From Nibricoccus sp. (GTDB lineage: Bacteria; Verrucomicrobiota; Verrucomicrobiia; Opitutales; Opitutaceae), in contig JASGHG010000001.1 in NCBI GenBank assembly GCA_047602425.1, positions 3,104,001 through 3,168,000 on the forward strand: a stretch of 64,000 bases of DNA, in the 5' to 3' direction. Positions 29,858 to 39,429 of the stretch are shown here, one piece after another; within the stretch, counting starts at the first letter, position 1; each line of letters opens with the position of its first letter. Position numbers and translations under genes: made by a program. The notes below the pieces were generated by a model, which had not been told where the DNA came from, made no database searches, and worked only from the letters and a program-made list of their open reading frames with translations.

Positions 29858-30220
29858 TTATACCGGCCAATAAGTCCCGCAGTCGCGTCGGCCCGCAATG
29901 CTCGGAAGGTAGAGGTAACCTTCGACCATTGAGACGTTGTTAGGTGGTTGCAGCCGGATCGGTACGCGTTTGTAGAGGCCTTCGTCGAGGCCTTCCAAGC
30001 GATCAAGTTTGGCGAGACAGTCTGCATCGACGGCCCAAATTTCGCCTTCAATCGGATTTCCGTTCGTTGGGACGTCGACCATGCCGGGATAGGCGCCGAT
30101 TGAGTAGAGCTTATAGAGTGGTTCGGTTTTGGCGATGGCAATAAACTGTTGTCCGGCCATCAGATGATGGTTGCTCCCGCCGTGTTTGAGCGTGCCGTAA
30201 ACGAAAACTTGATGCTTCAT
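29858..30220 (-). CDS. Gamma-glutamyl(amine) cyclotransferase (GGACT/AIG2-like)
   Basis: VFVYGTLK.G..NH, GEIW.V and LDRLEG motifs. Confidence 0.9.
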   Translation of the reverse strand: MKHQVFVYGTLKHGGSNHHLMAGQQFIAIAKTEPLYKLYSIGAYPGMVDVPTNGNPIEGEIWAVDADCLAKLDRLEGLDEGLYKRVPIRLQPPNNVSMVEGYLYLPSIAGRRDCGTYWPV

Positions 30221-30267
30221 GAAGAAAAGAACGGAAGCGAAGAGCCAGAGCACGAACCGTGCGAAAA

Positions 30268-31146
30268 TCAGATCGGAGAAGCGGAGGGGAGCGCGAGCAC
30301 TTCGACAATCACGGCCGTGGTATTGTCCCGGCCGGATTCCTGAACCGATTCCTCGACAATTGTGCGGGCGAGATCGTGGATCGAAGTATTGGAGCGCAGG
30401 ATTTCTTCGATCCGCCGATCCCAGAGTCCATCAGTCAGGCCGTCGCTACAGATCAAGAAGCGGTCGCCGGGCTGGGTGCCGACGGCGCCGACGTGGGGGT
30501 CGATGATCTGATTGCCTGCCCCTAGGGCTTGGTTCAGGGAGTTGCGTTGAGGGTGGGCGCGGGCCTCGCGTTCGTTGATCCGGCCCTTGCGCCGCAGCCA
30601 GCCCACATGGGTGTGGTCATGGGTGATTTGGGAAAAGCCGCCGATTTTGGGCAGGTAGTAGATGCGGCTGTCGCCGATGTGCCCGAAATACATCCAGCCG
30701 GGCGTGAACCAACAAAGACTGAGCGTGGCGCCCATGCCGGCGCATTCCTCGTAGCTGCGGTCGAGCTGAATCATCTCCTGGTGAATCGCGGAAAAAACTT
30801 CGGGAAGAATATCGGCGAAGTCGCTGTTGCCGCCCTGCGCTCCCATACGGAAACTGCGCGGAAGGAGGCGCGTGATTTTCTCCACTGCGATCTTGCTCGC
30901 AAATTCGCCGGAATTCGCGCCGCCCATGCCATCGCTCACGGCGAAGACAAAGTCCATGTTGGCCAGGGGAGCTTCGCCGATTTTTCCGAGGTAGTTGACG
31001 TGGTGTCCGTCGAAGGTGAGGGCGAGAAACGAGTCCTCGTTGTTGGCGCGGACACGACCGCGATGGGTCATGCCGGACCAAACGAGTTGACAGGGAAAAG
31101 GAGGCTGGCTGGGTACGGGGGCTTGCATGCTGGAGGAAAGAATCAC
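30268..31146 (-). CDS. PP2C/PPM Ser/Thr protein phosphatase
   Basis: GRVR.NNED, VSDGMGG, HIGDSR, CSDGL and GRDNTT motifs. The start may instead be the ATG at 31128. Confidence 0.93.
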   Translation of the reverse strand: MILSSSMQAPVPSQPPFPCQLVWSGMTHRGRVRANNEDSFLALTFDGHHVNYLGKIGEAPLANMDFVFAVSDGMGGANSGEFASKIAVEKITRLLPRSFRMGAQGGNSDFADILPEVFSAIHQEMIQLDRSYEECAGMGATLSLCWFTPGWMYFGHIGDSRIYYLPKIGGFSQITHDHTHVGWLRRKGRINEREARAHPQRNSLNQALGAGNQIIDPHVGAVGTQPGDRFLICSDGLTDGLWDRRIEEILRSNTSIHDLARTIVEESVQESGRDNTTAVIVEVLALPSASPI

Positions 31147-31556
31147 TGCGCGGCGGAAGGCTTGAGCGAGGGCTGACCGGGCTCATCGAGGAGCGTGGCG
31201 AATTCGAAATCGATCAGACAGAAACGCCCGTCGGAGATCCGGTAGGTGACGTTGCGCAAAAAAGGGTCTTCGTGACGAACACCGTAGCTTTCGAGTTCGG
31301 TGTAGAGCTCTTTCATGCGTTCCTCGCTGAGGTGATCCACCCGCGTGCCGCAATTGGTGGTAACGATCTTAAGGATTTCGGGGTCGGTGCTGAGGATCTT
31401 TGGAACGAAATCGCAACCGCGGTTTTCAAGGTAGCGCAGAACTCGGATCTCATGCTCAAAACGCTCTTTGGCGAGGTGTCCTTTGAAGATTTTGTGCACC
31501 AAGCCATCGTAGCCAATCCGGACGAGGGCGCGTGGCGTATCTTTGACTTGTTGCAT
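31143..31556 (-). CDS. Minimal protein-kinase-like protein (137 aa)
   Basis: VHK, helix-C E, HEDPFLRN catalytic loop and LIDFE motif. Confidence 0.75.
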   Translation of the reverse strand: MQQVKDTPRALVRIGYDGLVHKIFKGHLAKERFEHEIRVLRYLENRGCDFVPKILSTDPEILKIVTTNCGTRVDHLSEERMKELYTELESYGVRHEDPFLRNVTYRISDGRFCLIDFEFATLLDEPGQPSLKPSAAQ

Positions 31557-31678
31557 GGTAAAAAAGTGAGCGATTTTGAGCGGCAAGCCCAGCGGCAACC
31601 TCACAAGACTGGCCAAAAATTGGCAAGAATGAGCGATTCAGCGCGAAATTTGGTATGAATTATATTTCTAGATCGCGC

Positions 31679-31694
31679 TGGCACATCCCTTGCT
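31679..31694 (+). promoter_or_regulatory. Sigma54 (-24/-12) promoter of glutamine synthetase
   Basis: Exact match to TGGCAC-N5-TTGCT, 88 bp upstream of the ATG. Confidence 0.88.
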
Positions 31695-31782
31695 AATGCT
31701 ATGCGCAGTTTTCATGAGAGACCGCTCCGAATAAATATTTCTCGCGGTCACCCACGCAAACCCTCTACTCAACCACCCTCTT

Positions 31783-32814
31783 ATGGCCAAATACAAACTG
31801 GAATACATCTGGCTCGACGGTTACCAACCTGTGGCAAACCTTCGCAGCAAAACTCAGATCAAGGAATTCGCCAGCTTCCCGAAGCTCGAAGACCTCCCCG
31901 CTTGGGGTTTTGACGGAAGCTCGACCCGTCAAGCTGAAGGCAAGAGCTCGGACATCGTTCTGAAGCCTGTCGCCGTCTTCCCGGACAGCACCCGGAAGAA
32001 CGGTGCCCTCGTTATGTGCGAATGCTATCAGCACACCGGCGAGCCCAGCCCTTCGAATTCCCGCGCGACCATTCCGGATGATCCAGATACTTGGTTCGGC
32101 TTTGAGCAGGAATACTTTTTCTACAAGGACGGCGCTCCTCTCGGTTTCCCGAAGGAAGGCTATCCGTATCCGCAGGGCGGCTACTACACCGGCGTCGGCT
32201 ACAAGAACGTCGGCTGCGTCGCTCGCGAAATCGTCGAGAAGCACATCGACATCTGCTTGGATGCCGGAATCAACATTGAAGGCATCAACGCTGAAGTCGC
32301 CAAGGGCCAGTGGGAATTCCAGATTTTCGGCAAAGGCTCCAAGAGCGCTGCTGATCAAATGTGGGTTGCCCGTTACATCATGGCTCGCCTTTGCGAAGGC
32401 TACGGCATCGACATCGAATGGCGCTGCAAGCCCATCCTCGGGCCCTTCAACGAAGCTCTCGACTGGAACGGTTCCGGCATGCACTCAAACTTCTCGACCA
32501 AGCACCTCCGCGAAGTGGGCGGCAAGGAGTACTTCGAAAAACTCATGGCTGCCTTCGCCAAACACATGGACGAACACATCGCCGTTTACGGCCCGGAGAA
32601 CCACCTCCGCCTCACCGGCCTGCACGAAACACAGGCTATCGACAAGTTCTCCTACGGTGTCGCCGATCGCGGCGCCTCTGTGCGCATCCCGCACAGCTTT
32701 ATCAAGAACGGCTACCGGGGCTACCTCGAAGACCGTCGTCCGAATTCGGCCGCCGACCCATACTTGGTCGCTGGTCGCATCCTCAAGACGATCCAGACCG
32801 TTCCGCTCAAATAA
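31783..32814 (+). CDS. glnII: Glutamine synthetase type II
   Basis: 343 aa; EYIWLDG, WGFDGSST, GINAEV..GQWEFQ, DWNGSGMH, RLTGLHET and GYLEDRRP motifs. Confidence 0.95.
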   Translation: MAKYKLEYIWLDGYQPVANLRSKTQIKEFASFPKLEDLPAWGFDGSSTRQAEGKSSDIVLKPVAVFPDSTRKNGALVMCECYQHTGEPSPSNSRATIPDDPDTWFGFEQEYFFYKDGAPLGFPKEGYPYPQGGYYTGVGYKNVGCVAREIVEKHIDICLDAGINIEGINAEVAKGQWEFQIFGKGSKSAADQMWVARYIMARLCEGYGIDIEWRCKPILGPFNEALDWNGSGMHSNFSTKHLREVGGKEYFEKLMAAFAKHMDEHIAVYGPENHLRLTGLHETQAIDKFSYGVADRGASVRIPHSFIKNGYRGYLEDRRPNSAADPYLVAGRILKTIQTVPLK

Positions 32815-32849
32815 CCCGCCGCGCGCAAGCGCAGCCTGCTGAAATCTTC

Positions 32850-32879
32850 AAGCGCCACCTTTGCCGGTGGCGCTTTTTA
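32850..32879 (+). terminator. Rho-independent terminator after GSII
   Basis: AAGCGCCACC / GGTGGCGCTT stem followed by a T-run. Confidence 0.88.
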
Positions 32880-32966
32880 TTTCTGGACGTTGGTTATATG
32901 GAGGACTTGGCCGCACGGAAATCGCGATCATTTCTTCATACACGGCGTGGCCGCGCCTCTCTAGCG

Positions 32967-34967
32967 CTATTTGCCCTTTTTCAGTCGGGCAGATTCGATG
33001 CAGCGATTGATGTTGGTCAGCAACTCCGCCTTGGTGAAAGGCTTTGCCAGATAGGCTGCGCCGGCGGCCTCAATTTGGTCAGCCGGAGGCTCCGGCTCGT
33101 TTTTACCGGTGGCGAGTAGAACCGGAACATTTTTGTTGATCAGGCGAAAAGCCTGTGCGCAGGCGAATCCGTCGAGATTTGGCATTTCGATATCTGCGAT
33201 CACGCACGCGATCTCCTCCCGGTTGAGAGCGAACTGCGAGAGCGCGGTGGCGCCGTCATCGGCGAGAATGGTTCGGTAGCCGGAGGCTTCCAGGATGGAT
33301 TTTACGATCTCACGCACAGTGTGCTCATCGTCGGCGATTAGGATTAGTTCGCCCCGGCCAGTGGGTGGCGGCGCGAACGGCGTTCGCGTTGCGGCTTCGA
33401 CTTCGTCGCAGGCGGGAAGATAAATGTGAAAACACGTGCCAACACCGGGTTCACTTTCGAATTTTAAAAAACCTTCGTGTCCCTTGATGATGGTTAATAC
33501 TGTGGCGAGGCCGAGCCCGGTGCCCTTGCCTGGCGCTTTGGTGGTAAAGAAGGGATCGAACACCTTTTGTTTCACTTCCGGCGTCATGCCCGTGCCAGTG
33601 TCCGCGACGTCCAGCCGGATGTAACGACCGGGTCTGATCCCGTCTGCTGGCGGAGTGGCGGAATCCTCGACCAGAAAGTTCTTCATCGTGATCGAAAGGT
33701 TTCCACCCGTGGGCATGGCGTCTCGGGCGTTGACGCAAAGATTCATCAGAACCTGGTGGAGTCGCGTGGCGTCGCCGATCACCGACCAAAGATCGGGTGT
33801 ATAATTGCTGCGGATACGAATATTTTTAGGGAAGGTATCGCGCAACAGATTGACTGTGTCCTTGACGAGATGCTCCAAGCGGAAGGGAAAGTTTTCTCCT
33901 TCGCCTCCTCGGACGAAGAGGAGAACCTGTTTCACCATGTCGGAACCGTGACGGGCGCTGGTCATGACAATGTCCGCCAGCTGTCGGGCTTTGGGGTCAA
34001 TGGCATCTTCGCTCATCAATTGAGCGGTCATGATCAAGGGCGTGAAGACATTGTTGAGATCGTGCGCAATGCCGCTGGCGAGGGCCCCCACGCTTTCCAA
34101 ACGTTGAACGCGGAGGAATTGGGCTTCGATTTTTTTGCGTTCGCTGACGTCGGTTTCAACAACCAGCACTGCGGCTTTGTCGGGCATAAATGTCCAGCGC
34201 GACTCCACGGGGCGCTCGGCGCCTGACTTGCTGATATTGATAAGTTCGCCCATCCATTCGCCATCGCGTTGAGTGCATTCCAGCGCTTTTGTTTCAATTT
34301 CATGGTTTTGGTTGAGCAAGGCGCTTACCGACTGCCCAACGGCCTCGACTTTAGTAAAGCCATAGAGCCTTTCCGCGCCTGCATTCCAATAGAGGATTTG
34401 TCCGGCAAGATCCCGTACGAAGATGGCGTCACGAGCTTTGTCGAGCAGAGCGGCTTGCTCGCGGACCATGGCCACCGCCTCTTGATGCAGACGGATTTCT
34501 TTGCGAAGGGCATCGTTGGCCTTGAGGAGTTCGGTGGTGCGCGCGATGACATTTCGCTCCATTTCGTCGCGTGCGGTGCGCAATTCCGTTTGCAACGCGT
34601 GGTTGGTTAAAGCCATTTCGATGCAAATATGGAGTTCGCGCTCTTTATACGGTTTGAGGAGGTAGCTGGCAGGATGCGTGATCTCTGCGCGTTGCAGAGT
34701 TCGCTCGTCAGCATTCGCGGTGAGAAAAATGATCGGAATATCATTGTGTATGCGGATGCGTTCGGCAGCAGCGATGCCATCCATATCTCCCTGAAGGCAG
34801 ATATCCATGAGGACTACGTCGGGGCGTTGTGCTGCCGCCACGGCAATGGCTTGTTCGCCGGAAGGAGCGAGGACGCAATCATAACCGAGCTTTTTGAGGC
34901 GACGTTCGAGATCGAGGGCAACGATCATCTCGTCTTCGGTAATGAGGATTTTTGTCGGTTTGTTCAT
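32967..34967 (-). CDS. Hybrid kinase REC-PAS-HisKA-HATPase-REC
   Basis: ITEDE receiver, PAS, GIAHDLNN, FTTK..GKGTGLGL and a C-terminal REC. Confidence 0.92.
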   Translation of the reverse strand: MNKPTKILITEDEMIVALDLERRLKKLGYDCVLAPSGEQAIAVAAAQRPDVVLMDICLQGDMDGIAAAERIRIHNDIPIIFLTANADERTLQRAEITHPASYLLKPYKERELHICIEMALTNHALQTELRTARDEMERNVIARTTELLKANDALRKEIRLHQEAVAMVREQAALLDKARDAIFVRDLAGQILYWNAGAERLYGFTKVEAVGQSVSALLNQNHEIETKALECTQRDGEWMGELINISKSGAERPVESRWTFMPDKAAVLVVETDVSERKKIEAQFLRVQRLESVGALASGIAHDLNNVFTPLIMTAQLMSEDAIDPKARQLADIVMTSARHGSDMVKQVLLFVRGGEGENFPFRLEHLVKDTVNLLRDTFPKNIRIRSNYTPDLWSVIGDATRLHQVLMNLCVNARDAMPTGGNLSITMKNFLVEDSATPPADGIRPGRYIRLDVADTGTGMTPEVKQKVFDPFFTTKAPGKGTGLGLATVLTIIKGHEGFLKFESEPGVGTCFHIYLPACDEVEAATRTPFAPPPTGRGELILIADDEHTVREIVKSILEASGYRTILADDGATALSQFALNREEIACVIADIEMPNLDGFACAQAFRLINKNVPVLLATGKNEPEPPADQIEAAGAAYLAKPFTKAELLTNINRCIESARLKKGK

Positions 34968-37771
34968 GATCTGTGCGGCTCCTTGCGAATGTTTTCCTTA
35001 AGATGGAGAATGAAGCGGGCGCCCGGTGGTCCTTGGATTTCAATGGTGCCATGCAACTGCTTGACCAAGGTGTGCACGAGTTGCATGCCGAGCGATTTCG
35101 TCTGGCGCAGGTCGAAACCGGCGGGAATGCCGCGCCCGTTGTCGGCGACTTCGAGGTAAAGTTGCCCAGTCGGAAGCTGCTCGAAAGTGAGTGTGACCTG
35201 CCCGGGACCGCCCGTTGGATAGCCGTGTTTATAGGCGTTAGTTATAAGTTCGTTGATGATGAGACCGCAGGGAATCGCGGTATCGATGCCCAGATGCATG
35301 TCGGCAATTTTCAGCTGAAAGACGATGTTGCGCGTGCGCGCGCCGAGCATGCTGGCGAGGTTGTCCGTGAGTTCGCGGAGGTAGTCGGTGAAATCGATTT
35401 TGGCGAGGTTGTTGGATTGATAAAGTTTTTCGTGGACGAGAGCCATCGATGCGATTCGGTTTTGAGCTTCGATGAAGAGTGTGCGCGTTTTTTCATCCTG
35501 CAGGCTGTCGAGCTGCAGATTGAGCAGACTGGAGACGATCTGCATGTTGTTCTTCACCCGATGGTGAATTTCCTTAAGCAGAACCTCCTTTTCCTTGAGC
35601 GATCTGAGGGTGAATTGTTCTGCTTCGATGCGGTCGGTGATGTCGCGAAACACGCAGACCATGCCTCCACCTTCGATGCCGGTGAGGGATAGTTCGGCGG
35701 TGAAGCTGGATTTGTCAGCGCGAAGGGCTGAAACTGCGCCACGCCATTTACCGGTGGCTTGAAGTTGTGGGAAAATGTCGTTTTCGAACCGAGTATTTTC
35801 AGAAGCTTGAAAAAGAGCGCACCACGGCTGGCTGAGGAGATCTTCAGTCGTTTCGCGGCCAAACATGCTCGCCAAAGTCGAGTTCAGATAGGTGAAGCGG
35901 CAAGATTCGTCGAGGATGCCGACACCATCGATGGCGGCCTCGATCGCGGCACGTTGTTTCTGCAGGGATTGTTCGGCAAGCTTACGGGCGGTGATGTCGT
36001 TCAGCGTGCCCGCTGTTCCTATAATTTGGTTCTGGTCGTCGAGTACGAGACGGGCAAAAACTTCGACCCACCGGTGCCCTCCATCGTTGGTAAGATAGCG
36101 GACCGAATGGCGGCAGTACTCCTTTTCACGACGAATCAATGGCCCAAATAGCTGGTTATTGCGCTCACGATCGTCGGGATGCACATAGTCCAGGAAGAGC
36201 TGGCCGAGGCTTTGCTCGACTTTGAAACCTGTAATTTCCTCCCAGGCGGGATTGAGGAGAGTCCACAGGCCAGTCGCGTTGGTTTGAAAAACCACTTCCT
36301 TTAGATTGGTGACGACGGAACGAAAACGTTCCTCGCTGATTCGGAGGGCCGTCCCCGTTTCGCGGTCGTGGATTACTGCGCCGAGCACGCGGGTGGCTGA
36401 ACGCAGTGCTTCGATCTCGGCGAACCCCAAGATGACAGAGGCATCGGCGCAGCCCAATGTAAGCGCACCCCAGAGCACACCTTGGTGGGTCAGCACCGGC
36501 AGGAACAGCAGGGTGCGGACATTGTGTTTTTGCAGGAGCGTTTTTTCTTCCGACGTAATGTCCGCCGAACTCGAGTGAATAACCCGTCCGTTGCGAAGCT
36601 GTTCGTGTTTGGGCCAGCCTTGGGCGGGATCCCAATTCATCTCCTGGAGAATGGCTTGTGTGCTAGTGGTGAGGTGAGGTTCGGTCCAGAGCTGGATTTT
36701 GGCCATGCCGGCCGACCTGACCTGCCAGAGGCAAACGTGGTCGCTATTTGTGGCGATGCCGATTCGTTCGAGTACGCCCGGCAGTGCGATTTTGAGATTC
36801 GGTTCGTTGAGGAGAGCTTCTGCCGCGAAACTAACACCTTCCAGAATCACGTCGCGCTGGCGGATGGCGTCCTCAGCTTCCTTGCGAGCTGTAATGTCAG
36901 ATTGGATACCGATAAAATGGGTGGTTTCACCTGCGCTATCGCGAACAGGGGCGATATGCAGCTCATTCCAAAATGCCCGGCCGTCTTTCCTGAAATTTTT
37001 CAAAATCACCCGGCAGCTTTGCTTTCTTCGAATGGCGGCGCGGAGGATGTTCAGCGAGGGTTGGTCGCGTTCATTGTTGAGAAGAAAACGGCAATTGCGG
37101 CCTATGCTGTCGTCAGAGCTATAACCGGTGATCCGCTCGAACGCGGGATTGACCATGATCAACGGGTTGTCGGGCAGGCGAGCGTCCGTGATCACGATAC
37201 TGTCGGTGGAAGCGTTGAGAGCTTGCGCCATCAACGTAAACTGCTCCGTCTCCTTCTGACGAAGGGCGAGGGTGTGTTCGAGCTGAAGCTGATTCATTGC
37301 CTGACGGCTAAGGATGCGAAGCGCCGAAATTTGATCCGAGCTTAGCACGTGGGGTCGGCTGTCGAAGACACAGAGCGTGCCTAGTATGTCCCCATTGGGT
37401 CCATGCAATGGTTCCCCCGCATAAAACTTAATGCCTTCTGTGCCGATGACGCATGAAGCATGTTGGAAGCGAGTATCCTTGCTCGCGTCGGACACGATGA
37501 GTTCACGCCCGCCTTCCATGCATACGTATTCACAGAAAGAACGATCTGTCGGCATCTCTGACGGGGCGATGCCATAAGAGGCTTTGATTCTAGACTGTCC
37601 TGCTTCGATGACGCCAATGAGCGCCTTTGGCGCCCCGACGATTTGGGCAGCCAGTTGCACGATATCGTCGAAGGCTGGGTCCGGTTTACCGCTGGTCAGT
37701 GTCTGGTTCGTAGCCTCCTGACGAACGGAGGTCATCTCGAAAGACGGATTGTTGGGAACGATAGTGTTCAT
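34964..37771 (-). CDS. GAF-LOV-GAF-PAS-PAS HisKA_2 sensor kinase
   Basis: GAF (GTLCVFD); LOV (DNPLI, GRNCRFL, N.RKDG, FIGIQ); KEIHHRVKNN; SLGM.LV. Confidence 0.9.
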   Translation of the reverse strand: MNTIVPNNPSFEMTSVRQEATNQTLTSGKPDPAFDDIVQLAAQIVGAPKALIGVIEAGQSRIKASYGIAPSEMPTDRSFCEYVCMEGGRELIVSDASKDTRFQHASCVIGTEGIKFYAGEPLHGPNGDILGTLCVFDSRPHVLSSDQISALRILSRQAMNQLQLEHTLALRQKETEQFTLMAQALNASTDSIVITDARLPDNPLIMVNPAFERITGYSSDDSIGRNCRFLLNNERDQPSLNILRAAIRRKQSCRVILKNFRKDGRAFWNELHIAPVRDSAGETTHFIGIQSDITARKEAEDAIRQRDVILEGVSFAAEALLNEPNLKIALPGVLERIGIATNSDHVCLWQVRSAGMAKIQLWTEPHLTTSTQAILQEMNWDPAQGWPKHEQLRNGRVIHSSSADITSEEKTLLQKHNVRTLLFLPVLTHQGVLWGALTLGCADASVILGFAEIEALRSATRVLGAVIHDRETGTALRISEERFRSVVTNLKEVVFQTNATGLWTLLNPAWEEITGFKVEQSLGQLFLDYVHPDDRERNNQLFGPLIRREKEYCRHSVRYLTNDGGHRWVEVFARLVLDDQNQIIGTAGTLNDITARKLAEQSLQKQRAAIEAAIDGVGILDESCRFTYLNSTLASMFGRETTEDLLSQPWCALFQASENTRFENDIFPQLQATGKWRGAVSALRADKSSFTAELSLTGIEGGGMVCVFRDITDRIEAEQFTLRSLKEKEVLLKEIHHRVKNNMQIVSSLLNLQLDSLQDEKTRTLFIEAQNRIASMALVHEKLYQSNNLAKIDFTDYLRELTDNLASMLGARTRNIVFQLKIADMHLGIDTAIPCGLIINELITNAYKHGYPTGGPGQVTLTFEQLPTGQLYLEVADNGRGIPAGFDLRQTKSLGMQLVHTLVKQLHGTIEIQGPPGARFILHLKENIRKEPHRS

Positions 37772-37966
37772 TAACTTGATACCCGGCTCGTCCCGATAGC
37801 TTTGAAGTGGATAGCTTCTTCCAGCCACGAACTCTTTGTTCCCGATGGAAGGCAGCCGGGTGCCTGCAATTTAACCAAATGCATATCACTATTATTCGGC
37901 TGTTCTGGCCGTTGCCTTAGCGATATATCTGTAGATGTGACGCCTTAAGTTATTTGAAACTAAAGG

Positions 37967-39274
37967 CTAAAGACAGGATGTGGTCAGGCTGGGGAGTTCG
38001 GGAAGCTCCGCCCATAGTTCAAAACGGAAAATACTGCCTGAGCCAGGCTGGCTTTCCATGTCGATTTTACCCCCTAAGATGTTCACCAAGCGGGAGGCAA
38101 TGGAAAGGCCAAGTCCTACTCCTTCGTGTCGTCGGGAATGAGAACCGTCCGCTTGCACGAAGGGTTCGAAGATGAGCTTTTGTTTGTCCAGTGGCACGCC
38201 GATGCCTGTGTCTTGAATTGAGAAGCGAAGCTGCACCCGGTTGCCTTCCTCGCGGAGTCGACTGACGTTGATTGTGACGCCGCCGCGGTCCGTGAACTTG
38301 ATCGCGTTATCCGCGAGGTTAACGAGGATTTGCCCGATACGATTGGGATCGGTAACGATCACATCAGGTACGTTGTCGTCGATCTGGCATTCTAAAAAAA
38401 GGGATTTTTCTCGGGCGCGGAGGGCCAGAGGGCTGACGTAAGAAGCGATTTGCTCGCGAATGGAAAAAGTGACCGGCATGCACTCGATCGTGCCATTTTG
38501 CATGCGTGAAAAATCGAGGAGGCCTTGAATGAGCTCCAGCAGGTCGTCAGCCGAGGCTTTGACGATGCTGAGTTGTTCGTATTGGGGGCCCGTCTGGTTG
38601 CTTTCGAGCATCAAATTGACCATGCCAAGAATACCATTCATCGGGGTAAGCAACTCGTGGCTGATCGTCGCAAGAAATTCATTTTTGGTCTTGTCGGCTT
38701 GTTGGGCGACGATCTGAGCTGCTTGCAATTGCTCCAGGGTACGCCGATGCAATTCGCACTCATTTTGTAGGGTTGTGTAGCTTTCAACCAGTTCGGCTGT
38801 GCGGGCCCTGACACGTTCCTCGAGCTGCTCTTGGGCTTCACGAAGCAGGCGAGCCGTACGGCTATGCTCAAGCGCCATCTGAATGCTGAATTTGAGCTCT
38901 GACTCCTTGAAGGGCTTTAGTAGATAGCTGAAGGCATAGGTGCTGGTCGCCCGTTCCATGCTGGCGTGATCGGTATTAGCGGTGAGAAAAATGATCGGCA
39001 CATCGCTTGCGGACCGGATTTGTCTCGCTGCTTCTATTCCGTCCATGTCGCCATAGAGCTGAATATCCATCAAGATAAGGTCCGGCCGGGCGGTCTGGTT
39101 TTGTAAAATCGCGTCGTCGCCCGAGGCCGCGATCCCTGCGACTTCGAAGCCCAGTCGGTTGAGTCGCAGCTTCAAGTCCAACGCGACAATATACTCGTCC
39201 TCGGTGATAAGGATTTTTGGCGGTCTTTGACCATTGGCTGGAGGCTGATGGGACGTCTCGGACGCATTTTGCAT
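37967..39274 (-). CDS. REC-HisKA-HATPase kinase
   Basis: ITEDE receiver, ISHELLTPMNG, NAIKFT and GVGLGL motifs. Confidence 0.9.
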   Translation of the reverse strand: MQNASETSHQPPANGQRPPKILITEDEYIVALDLKLRLNRLGFEVAGIAASGDDAILQNQTARPDLILMDIQLYGDMDGIEAARQIRSASDVPIIFLTANTDHASMERATSTYAFSYLLKPFKESELKFSIQMALEHSRTARLLREAQEQLEERVRARTAELVESYTTLQNECELHRRTLEQLQAAQIVAQQADKTKNEFLATISHELLTPMNGILGMVNLMLESNQTGPQYEQLSIVKASADDLLELIQGLLDFSRMQNGTIECMPVTFSIREQIASYVSPLALRAREKSLFLECQIDDNVPDVIVTDPNRIGQILVNLADNAIKFTDRGGVTINVSRLREEGNRVQLRFSIQDTGIGVPLDKQKLIFEPFVQADGSHSRRHEGVGLGLSIASRLVNILGGKIDMESQPGSGSIFRFELWAELPELPSLTTSCL

Positions 39275-39306
39275 GGACCTATTATTAGGCTTTTCCCCAT
39301 TTTCCG

Positions 39307-39325
39307 GTGTCACAGCCGTGTCACA
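39307..39325. promoter_or_regulatory. Direct repeat GTGTCACA-N3-GTGTCACA, OmpR/PhoB-type box
   Basis: Two perfect 8-mers with an 11-bp period in the divergent intergenic region. Confidence 0.55.
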
Positions 39326-39429
39326 TCGGACGCTTTTTACGTTTTTTAGCTCTTGGAGGTGCGAACTCGACCTGCATGCTGCCTTACACACGCGTGTTTT
39401 AATTTTTACATGATTCGAGAATTTTCTCC

